Shown piece after piece: positions 18,544 through 27,861 of a stretch of DNA of 64,000 nucleotides. Every line of letters starts with the position of its first letter. Position 1 is the first letter of the stretch. Source of the DNA: Polyangiaceae bacterium. GTDB lineage: Bacteria > Myxococcota_A > Polyangia > Polyangiales > Polyangiaceae. The translations under genes were made by a program, and so were the position numbers. A model generated the notes under the pieces. It had not been told where the DNA came from, did no database searches, and saw only the letters and a list, made by a program, of their open reading frames with translations. Where the stretch lies: NCBI GenBank assembly GCA_033763455.1, contig JANRKO010000062.1, positions 32,001-96,000 on the forward strand, written 5' to 3'.

Positions 18544-21354
18544 ATGAATCGTCTGTGGGTCATCTGGGTATTGTTCGCGGCGGTAAGCCTCGGGTGCAGC
18601 AATCACAAGGCAGGGCAAGAGGTACCCAGCTGGGCGTGGGCGGCTCACAGTGAGGCCGCGGCGTTGCTGAGTGTGCACGGAACATCGGGCGAAGACGTGT
18701 GGATGGCTGGCGCTGACGACGGCCAAGGGCCACTTGTGTTGCACTTCGACGGAAGTGCCTGGGAGCGCCGAGTCACAGGTGTTTCAGGGGACATTTGGTG
18801 GGTGCACGCCACGGCGGAGGGCCCAGTTTTTCTAGGTGGCTCGGGCTCGTTGCTGTTGCGTTACGAAGCTGGGAAATTTGAACGCCTCGTCACTCCAGGT
18901 CTCGGAAAGCACACCATTTTCGGCGTCTCTGCAGCATCTTCCGAGGATGTCTATGCGGTGGGCGCTGCGGCAGGGCGAAATGGATTCATTTGGCATTTCG
19001 ATGGAGTGAAAGTGGTGGAGGTCCCGCTTCCTCAAACGGTGCCTCAAGATGCCCACCACGACGTGCCTGGCATGTTCAAGGTGTGGGTCGCCTCTCCGAA
19101 GGATGTATGGGTGGTCGGTGCGCACGGCGTGGTGTTGCGCGGGAACGCAACCGACGGCTTTTCGCTCGTTCAATCCGGCGGAGAGGAAATCTTGTTCACG
19201 GTGCATGGTAGCGGAGAACATGTGGCGATTGTTGGCGGCACAGGGCAGGGCCAGGTGCTAGAAAGTCGTGGCGAAGGGCTGGAGAATCACACGCCAGAGG
19301 CCGCGCCTCTCTTGCAAGGCGTGTTTGTGCAACCGAACGGTGTCTCTTGGGCTGTGGGCGCAGGCGGTAGCATTTTTCGTGGTTTTGACGGCAAATATGA
19401 GGCAGTCGATCCAGAGCTCGCTTTCGCTGCGGGGGAATCCTTGCATGCGGTGTGGGTCGATCCGAGCGGCGGGGTGTGGGCAGTGGGTGGAGACGTGTTA
19501 ACACCCGAGCTCGATCAGGGGTTGGCTCTTTCCACTCGCCCAGGAGTGCCCGAGTTCAAGCTGGAGAAGCCCGTCCCTGGTGCACCCAGCTGCCCAGAAG
19601 CAGTGGTCGATCCTCATCCGAACGGCTCAATTGCTCGGCGCTGGGACGAGCAGTTGCTCAACGCCATTCGCCGCGATGTGCCGCGTCCAGGCGTGCATGC
19701 GCGCAATCTATTCCATACTTCGATCGCGTTTTGGGATGCCTTTGCGGCCTACGACGCCCAAGCCGACGGCGTCTTGACTCACGAACGCCTGCAAGCGCCT
19801 GATATCAGCCTCGCGCGCACGGAGGCCATTTCCTACGCGGCCTATCGCGTGCTGAGCCAACGTTACGCAAAAGCCGTAGGTGGGGGCGTTTCCCAGGCCT
19901 GCTTCGATGCTTTCATGGCCAAGCTTGGGTTCGACCCCAAAGACACCACCGAAGTTGGCACCTCCCCGCGTGCCCTCGGCAACCGGATCGGGAGCACCAT
20001 CTTGCAGACCTTTGCCAATGATGGAGCCAATGAAGCGAACAACTACGCCGATCCCGCTGGGTTTGTTCCGGATACTCCCAATCTCGTCGTCGATCAGCCG
20101 GGCACAACCACAGAGTCACCGCTCCTTTGGCAACGCTTGGTGCTAGCCAAGGCGGAAACTCAGAACGGGATCCCGAGCGATGCGGGCGCCCAGGGTTACA
20201 TTGGGGGCCAGTGGGGCACCGTGACACCCTTTGCGCTCGTTCGCCCGGCGCCGAACATGCCCTACCTCGATCTCGGCACGGCTCCGCTTGCGCTAGATGA
20301 CACACTGGTCGCAGACACGGTGGACGTGATTCGGCGTTCCTCCGAACTGGACGCAGAAGATGCCACCATGATCGATATCTCGCCCGGAGCTCTTGGCAAC
20401 AATGCTCTCGGTACCAACGACGGCCACGGCTACGCCGAAAATCCGATTACTCACACTCCGTACGCATCACAGCCGGTTCGGCGCTCGGATTTCGGACGCG
20501 TCCTCGCAGAATTTTGGGCAGACGGCCCCACCTCGGAAACCCCGCCCGGGCACTGGAACACCATCGCGAACGATGTGGCTGACAACCCACAATTCAAACG
20601 CCAGTTGTTCGGAGCCGGAGAAGCGTTGGACGCTCTTACGTGGGATGTGCACACGTATCTTGCACTCAACGCAGCGGTACACGACGCGGGTATCGCCGCC
20701 TGGGAGCTCAAGCGAAAGTACCTCACCGCCCGGCCCATTACTCTCATTCGTTACATGGGCGGCAAAGGGCAACGAACGGATGCCACTGGGCTATCTTATT
20801 CCCCGGAAGGGTTGCCGCTCGTTCCCGATCTGATCGAGGTTATTACGGAGGCGAGTTCGATGCCGGGGCAGCGGCATGCGCATCTTAGCCGATACGTGGG
20901 GGAGGTTGCTGTGCGTGCGTGGCGCGGAGAACCTGGAGACCGTAAACAAGAGGTTGGCGGGGTGGGGTGGCTCCGAGCGGTCGAATGGACCCCGTATCAG
21001 CGGCGTACGTTCGTCACGCCTGCGTTCCCCGGCTACATCTCAGGGCACAGCACCTTCAGTCGTGCAGCGGCAACGGTGCTTTCCGAGCTCACCGGTTCCG
21101 CCTATTTCCCGGGAGGGCTCGGCAGTTACACGTTTGCTCCCGGGTACCTATTTTTTGAAAAGGGGCCCACGGCGAGCATCAAGCTACAGTGGGCTACGTA
21201 TTTTGACGCTGCCGATCAGGCGGGGCAGTCCAGGATTTGGGGTGGTATTCATTCGGCCCCAGATGATTTCGATGGTCGCAAAGTGGGCGCGGTGGTGGGC
21301 GCTAAGAGTTTGGCACTAGCCAAGACCTACTTCGATGGGTCTGCCGTGCCCTAG
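18544..21354 (+). CDS. Lipoprotein: N-terminal Trp-rich beta-propeller fused to a vanadium-dependent haloperoxidase domain
   Basis: Lipobox SLGC, repeated VW(A/V)VG blades, and PAP2/VHPO motifs KRKY...RP, PGYISGHS and SRIWGGIH. Confidence 0.85.
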   Translation: MNRLWVIWVLFAAVSLGCSNHKAGQEVPSWAWAAHSEAAALLSVHGTSGEDVWMAGADDGQGPLVLHFDGSAWERRVTGVSGDIWWVHATAEGPVFLGGSGSLLLRYEAGKFERLVTPGLGKHTIFGVSAASSEDVYAVGAAAGRNGFIWHFDGVKVVEVPLPQTVPQDAHHDVPGMFKVWVASPKDVWVVGAHGVVLRGNATDGFSLVQSGGEEILFTVHGSGEHVAIVGGTGQGQVLESRGEGLENHTPEAAPLLQGVFVQPNGVSWAVGAGGSIFRGFDGKYEAVDPELAFAAGESLHAVWVDPSGGVWAVGGDVLTPELDQGLALSTRPGVPEFKLEKPVPGAPSCPEAVVDPHPNGSIARRWDEQLLNAIRRDVPRPGVHARNLFHTSIAFWDAFAAYDAQADGVLTHERLQAPDISLARTEAISYAAYRVLSQRYAKAVGGGVSQACFDAFMAKLGFDPKDTTEVGTSPRALGNRIGSTILQTFANDGANEANNYADPAGFVPDTPNLVVDQPGTTTESPLLWQRLVLAKAETQNGIPSDAGAQGYIGGQWGTVTPFALVRPAPNMPYLDLGTAPLALDDTLVADTVDVIRRSSELDAEDATMIDISPGALGNNALGTNDGHGYAENPITHTPYASQPVRRSDFGRVLAEFWADGPTSETPPGHWNTIANDVADNPQFKRQLFGAGEALDALTWDVHTYLALNAAVHDAGIAAWELKRKYLTARPITLIRYMGGKGQRTDATGLSYSPEGLPLVPDLIEVITEASSMPGQRHAHLSRYVGEVAVRAWRGEPGDRKQEVGGVGWLRAVEWTPYQRRTFVTPAFPGYISGHSTFSRAAATVLSELTGSAYFPGGLGSYTFAPGYLFFEKGPTASIKLQWATYFDAADQAGQSRIWGGIHSAPDDFDGRKVGAVVGAKSLALAKTYFDGSAVP

Positions 21355-21492
21355 CAGCTAGCTTGCTAGGCCTGCTCGCGGACGGGTGCGGGAGCTCGCA
21401 TCCGGGGATTTGAACACAAAGATCACCGATCCAAGCTATTGTCTTGGAGTAACCCTCGTTGCCTTGATGGGCCCCGAAAGAGGTGTGTTCAA

Positions 21493-23610
21493 ATGGCGAG
21501 TCAACGGCTTGGGTTAACGTGTGTAGCGTTGTTGGTGGCGGGTGTATCCGCTTGGTCGTGCAGCAGCAAGTCGCTTGAGGACTCGGCCGCACCGATGGCG
21601 TCCGCCACCGCGGAGATGCCGGGGACTGGTGGCGCCGGGATGATCGCCGTGGTGCCCATGGATCCACCGCCCAATCCTGACGTTCCGAAGGCCGCAGGCG
21701 AGGGCACGCTCACTTGTCGCCCCACGTTTGCGCCGCCCACGGTGCCCGCAATGGGCAAGATAATCTATGTAGCAAAAACCGGCAAAGATACGAATGACGG
21801 CAGCCAGCTCTCGCCGCTCGCCAGTGTCTCGAAAGCCGCTGAGCTGGCACAGCCGGGTGATACGGTGCTAGTTCGCGAGGGTATCTACCGCGGGCGCGTG
21901 GCTCCGGCGCGTGGCGGCGTTGAAGGAATGCCCATCACGTACATGGCTGAGCCGGGCAAGACGGTGGTCCTCAGAGGATCAGATGAATGGAAGCCCACCT
22001 GGGAGCCAGTGCCGGATCGGCCCAACGTCTTCAAAGCTGTGCCCGATGTTGCCATGTTCACCGACGCAAGCCAGGCGGACGGAGCGAATCCTCTGGAAAT
22101 CCAACGTAAGGATGCCAAGCCGGGCATGACACTCGGGCAGGTATTTTTGGATTCCGAACGCATGGTGCAGCAGCAAGCCCTAAACGATATCTGGAAGCGG
22201 CCTGGAACCTGGCATTACCTGGCGTCGGAAAAGGCTATTTACCTGCATTTCCCGGACGGTAAGGCACCGGGCACCGCGATGATTGAGCTGACGACGCAGA
22301 GGAGGGTTTTCGCGCCGCATGTGCGAGGGCTCGGGTACATCACGCTCAGTGGCTTCACCATCGAGCACGCGGCCAATCAAAACCCCGGGGGATTTTATGA
22401 GGGAGATGTCAAACGCAACCAAGCGGGAATGGTAGGCGTGCGTAGCGGGCACCACTGGATCATCGAGAACAACATTATTCGGTTTGCCAATTCTTTGGGT
22501 ATAGATTGCGGCGTGGAGGGCACGCCTCCAGATATCGAAAACGTGGATCAATCAGTCAAAGTGCCGAGCTTTCCAATTATTCGGAACAACGTGATCTCCG
22601 ATAATGGTACCGGCGGGATGATGTGTTGGCGCGTTCAAGACGCGCAGATTGTCAACAACGTATTCGAACGCAACAATCACCACCGGGAAACGGGGCCGGA
22701 ATCGGCCGCCATCAAATTTCACGGTTCGCAGCGAGCCCAGATTATTGGCAACCTCTTTCGAAATAACCTGGCGTTTGGCATGTACACGGACAATGGGGAC
22801 CGCGATGCTCGCATCCGGCAGAACGTGTTCTTGAATAACATGTCGGCCGGGGTATTCGTTGAGCTTCCGCGCGGGACCAACAATACCGTCGACAACAATA
22901 TTATTGTGGGCAACATCCCTAACGGGATCTACACCCACAATTCCTCCGCCGTACACGTGCTTCACAACCTGATAGCGAACAACACGGGTGACGACGACTA
23001 CGGGGCCCACGGTGAGGGCTACTTCTTGCGAAAAGTGGGGGAAGGAACCCAGCCTCCGAAGGACCACCTAGTGGTGAATAACATCTTTGCCCAGAACAAA
23101 GGTGGAGCCATCAACATTCCCTACACGTGTGGCGGTACCATCAACAATATCAGCGATTACAACGTCTATTCTGAAACGCTGCCACGCCCCTTCTTTGTCA
23201 ACGGCTACTGCCCCGATACGCAGATGATGTTGGCACCGGGTCTTCAAACGCTCGTCTTTGGGGGGCTTGGAGCCGCCGCACCGGCAGGCATCAGTGAGCT
23301 AGGATCCGGTCAGAACGCGGTTGGGCTAAATCTCGCGGAGTGGCGAGCATTCTGGGCCAGCCAGGGCGAGACTCATGACGCCAAGAGTGTGCTTTCGCCG
23401 GGGGTAAAAGCCACCGTAGATCCTCAAACACTCAAGCTCTCGCTCATGGTTGATTTCGACCCTACCACGGTAGGGTCGCAGACGGTCGCTCCGGTTACTT
23501 CCGATTTCTTTGACAAGCCGGTGCCTCAAGACGGAACCGCCAAGCCCGGCCCATTTCAGGATCTGGTGCAGGGGCAGAACGAGTTCCAGCTCTACAAGTG
23601 CGCGCCTTAG
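21493..23610 (+). CDS. Lipoprotein with right-handed parallel beta-helix (DUF1565 / GH120-like)
   Basis: Lipobox WSC, YVAKTGKDTNDGS...AQPGDTVLVREGIYR, HHWIIENN and AAIKFH with Asn-rich beta-helix repeats. Confidence 0.75.
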   Translation: MASQRLGLTCVALLVAGVSAWSCSSKSLEDSAAPMASATAEMPGTGGAGMIAVVPMDPPPNPDVPKAAGEGTLTCRPTFAPPTVPAMGKIIYVAKTGKDTNDGSQLSPLASVSKAAELAQPGDTVLVREGIYRGRVAPARGGVEGMPITYMAEPGKTVVLRGSDEWKPTWEPVPDRPNVFKAVPDVAMFTDASQADGANPLEIQRKDAKPGMTLGQVFLDSERMVQQQALNDIWKRPGTWHYLASEKAIYLHFPDGKAPGTAMIELTTQRRVFAPHVRGLGYITLSGFTIEHAANQNPGGFYEGDVKRNQAGMVGVRSGHHWIIENNIIRFANSLGIDCGVEGTPPDIENVDQSVKVPSFPIIRNNVISDNGTGGMMCWRVQDAQIVNNVFERNNHHRETGPESAAIKFHGSQRAQIIGNLFRNNLAFGMYTDNGDRDARIRQNVFLNNMSAGVFVELPRGTNNTVDNNIIVGNIPNGIYTHNSSAVHVLHNLIANNTGDDDYGAHGEGYFLRKVGEGTQPPKDHLVVNNIFAQNKGGAINIPYTCGGTINNISDYNVYSETLPRPFFVNGYCPDTQMMLAPGLQTLVFGGLGAAAPAGISELGSGQNAVGLNLAEWRAFWASQGETHDAKSVLSPGVKATVDPQTLKLSLMVDFDPTTVGSQTVAPVTSDFFDKPVPQDGTAKPGPFQDLVQGQNEFQLYKCAP

Positions 23611-23638
23611 CAAGGCCAGCGGTGTGAGAGCCTGGCTA

Positions 23639-24877
23639 CTACGCTGCGCCCCAACCAAGTTGACGAAAGGCTGTTAGCGGCAGCGTCACAGCCGTGATGC
23701 AAACGGGCGTTTGCCGGTAGTTGCGCTCCGGGTGAAGGCACTCATAGGGCGCACCGCTCGCGGCATCCGTTCGGAAATCCGTCGCTTTTAGCTCGCTCAC
23801 GTATTCCTCAGCCAGCCGGCGCGCCGCCAGCTCGTCCACCTGAGCCATCGCAAAACACACCCATCCTACCGTGGGCATCCAATAGGCGCCGTTTTGGTAC
23901 TCATTCAGCGGTAAAGGGCCTACGGTACGTTCCCAGGCAGTCTCCGTGCTGAAATCATCTGAAGTGAGCACACTTCGCACGGCTCCTCGGTACGCAAGCG
24001 TTCCTGTGCGGTAGGCGTCACACAGCCGCTCGCAAATTCGCTCGCGGAGCGCCCCCTTCACGGCGCCAGTGTATACCGCGTACGCGGAACCGAATACGTC
24101 GGGCTGTTGGCTCACACCTGTGCAGGCTCGGAGCAGGCCCCCCGCGTGTGCAAATGTATCCGGCAAAGTGGCCTCAATCCTCGCAGCTATAGTGCTGTAG
24201 GCTTCGTTCCCGGTGAGCTCCGCCAATAGGAGCGCCCCACGCCGCCTCAGAAGCGACGCAAACAAGAGCTCTCCCGTGTGCACGACTGCATCGCAAAACC
24301 CAAAGGAAGCTGCTCGTTCCTCTTCCGTGCACCTTACGAGGCCGTTCTCCACGCTTACTTTGGGTACGGAAAAGGCCAATTCCAACCGCTCGATGAGCGG
24401 CTCACCCGCGACAAGCTCGCCCAAGATGCTGCGGCTAGCGGAGCGGTTACAATACTCCCAGACCATTTCGATGAACAAAAAGTGATCGTCCACGCTTGGG
24501 AGCGTACCCCAAGCGCTGCTCTGCATTTGTGCGTCCAGGGTGCCAGGGAAAAACACGGCTTCGCCGCTGAAGCTGATGTGATCAGCAATGGATCCCTTGG
24601 GGACAAAGCTGCCTGAAGGGGTGTGCCAGTCCCGTGTCTGTTGGGTACGAGCTGCCAAGAGGATCGCATGACGCTGTTCCTCAAGGCTGATGCAGCCGCT
24701 CGCCACGGAGAGTGCGTGATCGCGCAGCCAGAATGCTGGATAGCTGCAGCGCCCGCTCGGCTGAAGTAGCGTCCCGCCGGTAACGTTCGGTGGGGTACCC
24801 TCCGAGGTCCGATCCGGTGGCACACGGCAGGCCTCCACTACCGCTTGGGTGAGGTCGGTCAAGAACTTGAGATCCAT
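23639..24877 (-). CDS. Six-hairpin (alpha/alpha)6 glycosidase-like protein
   Basis: YPAFWLRD, FGFCD, YQNGAYW and APYEC motifs. Confidence 0.65.
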   Translation of the reverse strand: MDLKFLTDLTQAVVEACRVPPDRTSEGTPPNVTGGTLLQPSGRCSYPAFWLRDHALSVASGCISLEEQRHAILLAARTQQTRDWHTPSGSFVPKGSIADHISFSGEAVFFPGTLDAQMQSSAWGTLPSVDDHFLFIEMVWEYCNRSASRSILGELVAGEPLIERLELAFSVPKVSVENGLVRCTEEERAASFGFCDAVVHTGELLFASLLRRRGALLLAELTGNEAYSTIAARIEATLPDTFAHAGGLLRACTGVSQQPDVFGSAYAVYTGAVKGALRERICERLCDAYRTGTLAYRGAVRSVLTSDDFSTETAWERTVGPLPLNEYQNGAYWMPTVGWVCFAMAQVDELAARRLAEEYVSELKATDFRTDAASGAPYECLHPERNYRQTPVCITAVTLPLTAFRQLGWGAA

Positions 24878-25052
24878 TTGCCCACTTTGCGCTCACTTAG
24901 GCGGGGTTTGAAGTTCGCGGCGGACCTAGCCAAATGCGCACGGCTTTCTTACCAAGGCTTGGTGCCCACCGCTGAGCTGTGATATGCGGAGGATCGTGCG
25001 ACGTTCGACGCTGCGAGATCGCTTTCGGTAATCAGCCTTAATTGAGGCTGCC

Positions 25053-25421
25053 GTGGCGTTCTGTCTGCTGCTGCAGCTTTCCTCTGTGGCACACTTCCTT
25101 ATCGTTCGGCATGAGGCTTGCGCCGAGCACGGGGAGCTCGCGCACGTGGATACTGTCGATCTGTCGAACCTGGCTGACCAGGGTTTGCGGTCTGCGGCTC
25201 TTGCGAAGGTCGTTGCGGTTCGTAGCGGGCATTCAGGCGGTGGCCACGAGCATTGCCCGCTGGTTTCAGATCGCGCGGGGCAAACGGTACTTGTGCCCAA
25301 TTCAGTGCAAAATATCGCTGAATTGAGGCTCTCGGGGAGCGGTAGGCCTCACACTACAGCAGTCTGCTTGTCGCCGAACGCGCTTCAGCTGCTCGCACCG
25401 AAAACATCTCCGCCCGTCTGA
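25053..25421 (+). CDS. His/Cys-rich small protein, DUF2946/CruR-like leader of a metal-uptake operon
   Basis: N-terminal hydrophobic segment, HxxxVRHEACAEHGELAH, HEHCPL and C-terminal LLAPKTSPPV. GAGG precedes the GTG. Confidence 0.65.
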   Translation: MAFCLLLQLSSVAHFLIVRHEACAEHGELAHVDTVDLSNLADQGLRSAALAKVVAVRSGHSGGGHEHCPLVSDRAGQTVLVPNSVQNIAELRLSGSGRPHTTAVCLSPNALQLLAPKTSPPV

Positions 25422-25560
25422 GCGTCACCCCTCATCTACGCTACACGCAGTGCCTTCGTATTGCGTCATCGAACCCGTTCGCGCTTGGCCTACGGCCGTG
25501 CGGGCGTGTGTGTCGTCACGATAAACCTATAGATCCGCTCCAGCGCGGAGGAGAATTGCC

Positions 25561-26904
25561 ATGCGAATGTGGAAATCCACACGCATGCTGGCCACTCAAT
25601 GGAGTGCCAGCCTATGCGTATTTGTGTTGAGTCAAGTAGGGTTCGCCCAAGAAGCTGCACCGCCCAACGCTGCGACTTCGGAAGCGTCCCCTGAGAAAGC
25701 TGAAGTCGGTCCGCCAGTTCAAAACGCAGAAGAAGCCGCGGCCCGAGCCCGGGAAGAGGCTGAAATAGCCGCGGAACTGGCGAAGAATCAAGGTGCTTCG
25801 GAAGGCACAGTCGATGGGCCATCCGAGAGCAGGCAGCCGGAAGTAAGTGGAGCCTCGGCCTCATCGAACGGCCTCAGCAATTTCATGAACCCAGCCATTA
25901 GTGTCGCTGGCATCACGCTTGGGGGTGCGACTTCCAGATCCGAAAACGCGGTAGAAGGCACGCCAGATGATCTACCTACCGGCATATCGCTTCAGGAAGT
26001 GGAACTCCGCGCAAGTGCGATCGTGGACCCGTTTCTACGAGCAGACGTGAGTTTGAGCGGGAGCGTGGAAGAGGTGGGGTTTGAGGAGGCTTACATCACA
26101 ACCTTGGGCATTCCCAGGTTAACCGTGCGAGCTGGGCAGATGCGAGCAGCCCTGGGGCGACACAACCTCTTACACACCCACGCCTTCCCGTTCATCACAG
26201 CTCCGTTGCCGTGGCGAGCGCTTATCGGGCCAGAAGGGCTCACCGATGCTGGAGTCTCGGCAGAGTTGCTCCTCCCGTTGCCCTTCTACGGTGAGATCAC
26301 GGGGCAGGTTTTTCAGGGAGATTGGGCCTCTCTACAAGGTGAGATTGCGGACGACCCTTTGACGGCGGTTGATGAATCGGTGCCGGATAGGCGTAAGGAC
26401 CGTGACCTCGGTTACGTAGCACACTTGAAGACGCTTTTTGACCTCAGCGAGTCAACGACGCTTGAGCTCGGCACAAGTTACGCTGGCGGCCGCAACGGCT
26501 ATGCGGGGCTCACCTCACTCCTTGGCGGAGACGTGACGCTCAAATGGCGCCCACTGAACGCTGAGCGTTACACGGGAATCGATTGGACTACCGAATACGT
26601 ATGGTCGGATCGGGATGGCGCTCCCGTGGATCGAAAGCGGGGCGGCGGCTACTCGGCTTTGCGGTTTCAGTTCGCACAACAATGGTGGCTGCAGGCACGC
26701 GGAGCCGTGTTGGGCGTGCCTGAGGCTGAGAGTCGCCGTATTTGGCGCGGGGAAGCGCTGGCGGCTTTCGTGCCGAGTGAGTTCTCAACGGTCAGGCTTC
26801 AATATGCCTTGGAAAGACGGGAACAAAGCCCAGAACGGCCCGTGCAGGAGCTGTTCTTACAGGCCATTTTCTCGATTGGGCCACACCCAGCCCACGCCTA
26901 TTAA
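25561..26904 (+). CDS. Outer-membrane beta-barrel protein of metal-uptake operons (zinc-regulated OM receptor-like)
   Basis: Signal peptide, MNPAISV, LQEVEL...VDPF, EEAY, GRHNLLHTHAFPF, PSEFS.VRLQY and C-terminal IGPHPAHAY. Strong SD GGAGGAG. Confidence 0.75.
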   Translation: MRMWKSTRMLATQWSASLCVFVLSQVGFAQEAAPPNAATSEASPEKAEVGPPVQNAEEAAARAREEAEIAAELAKNQGASEGTVDGPSESRQPEVSGASASSNGLSNFMNPAISVAGITLGGATSRSENAVEGTPDDLPTGISLQEVELRASAIVDPFLRADVSLSGSVEEVGFEEAYITTLGIPRLTVRAGQMRAALGRHNLLHTHAFPFITAPLPWRALIGPEGLTDAGVSAELLLPLPFYGEITGQVFQGDWASLQGEIADDPLTAVDESVPDRRKDRDLGYVAHLKTLFDLSESTTLELGTSYAGGRNGYAGLTSLLGGDVTLKWRPLNAERYTGIDWTTEYVWSDRDGAPVDRKRGGGYSALRFQFAQQWWLQARGAVLGVPEAESRRIWRGEALAAFVPSEFSTVRLQYALERREQSPERPVQELFLQAIFSIGPHPAHAY

Positions 26905-26914
26905 CGCCTATTAA
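26894..26914. repeat. 10-bp tandem duplication spanning the stop codon of the OM protein gene
   Basis: ACGCCTATTA ACGCCTATTA A. Confidence 0.8.
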
Positions 26915-26928
26915 TCTCAGTAGGAGAG

Positions 26929-27861
26929 ATGAGAGCTATGAAATATCTGTTCTTTACGTTGTTCGTCTGCTTTGTGGGCTTGTTCGTTACGGATCCTGCA
27001 TCAGCCGAGCTCCGCGTGGTCACTACCACCTCAGATCTTGGGTACTTTGTCCGCACTATTGGTGGAGACAAAGTGCGCGTAGATACGATTTGTCAGGGGG
27101 CCCAAGATCCACACTTTGTGCAGGCACGCCCGAGCTATATGGTAACTCTGAGTCGCGCCGACCTTTTGGTCTCGGTAGGGCTTGAGCTGGAAGTGGGTTG
27201 GCTCCCGTCTTTGATTCAGGGTGCTAGGAACCCTAACATCAAGCCGGGTAAACCTGGGTACTTGGAGGCTTCGAGGGCGGTCAAAGCGATCGATATTCCG
27301 AAGGGTCAGGTAGATCGCTCGCGGGGTGACGTTCATCCCTTCGGAAATCCACATTTTTGGCTGGATCCACTGAATGCAAAGCTTGCCTCCAGCGCCATCG
27401 CAGAGCGCATGGCAGCTCTCGATCCAAAGAACGCCGGCCTTTATCGAGCCAATCAGCGGACGTTTGAGGGAAAGCTGGATAAGAAGATGAAGGAATGGTC
27501 GGACCGCATGGCGCCATTTCGCAATACGAAGATTGTCTCCTATCACGCCACCTTCAATTACTTTCACAGGCGTTTTGGGCTCAGTGGGATCGGGTATCTG
27601 GAAGATCGTCCCGGCATTCCGCCTTCGCCTGCCCATTTGGTGGAGCTCATTCGTCAGATGAAGGAGCACAAGGTTCGGGTCATCTTCCACGAAGCTTTCT
27701 ATGATCACTCTACATCCGACATGGTTGGCGCTCGTGCGTCGGCCAAAGTGCTCGTGCTCCCAACGTCGGTAGGTGGCGCCAAAGGCGCCGACACGTATGA
27801 GCAGCTCATTGATACGTTGGTGAACCAATTCGTTGCTGCCGCCAAACAGGCCAAATCATGA
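26929..27861 (+). CDS. Metal (Zn/Mn) ABC transporter substrate-binding protein, ZnuA/TroA family
   Basis: VVTTT, QDPHF, GLELE.GWL, GNPHFWLDP, SYH..F.YF and PGIPPSPAHL. Confidence 0.9.
   Translation: MRAMKYLFFTLFVCFVGLFVTDPASAELRVVTTTSDLGYFVRTIGGDKVRVDTICQGAQDPHFVQARPSYMVTLSRADLLVSVGLELEVGWLPSLIQGARNPNIKPGKPGYLEASRAVKAIDIPKGQVDRSRGDVHPFGNPHFWLDPLNAKLASSAIAERMAALDPKNAGLYRANQRTFEGKLDKKMKEWSDRMAPFRNTKIVSYHATFNYFHRRFGLSGIGYLEDRPGIPPSPAHLVELIRQMKEHKVRVIFHEAFYDHSTSDMVGARASAKVLVLPTSVGGAKGADTYEQLIDTLVNQFVAAAKQAKS

Noticed and set aside
24878..25052. Fur/Zur box upstream of the metal-uptake operon
   Set aside because: No AT-rich 7-1-7 or 9-1-9 palindrome is visible.
27031..27828. 265-aa antisense ORF, and similar shadow ORFs (28268-28849, 29070-29684, 38466-39113, 50430-51008)
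   Set aside because: They lie opposite or out of frame within well-supported genes and have no motifs. This is expected in GC-rich DNA.
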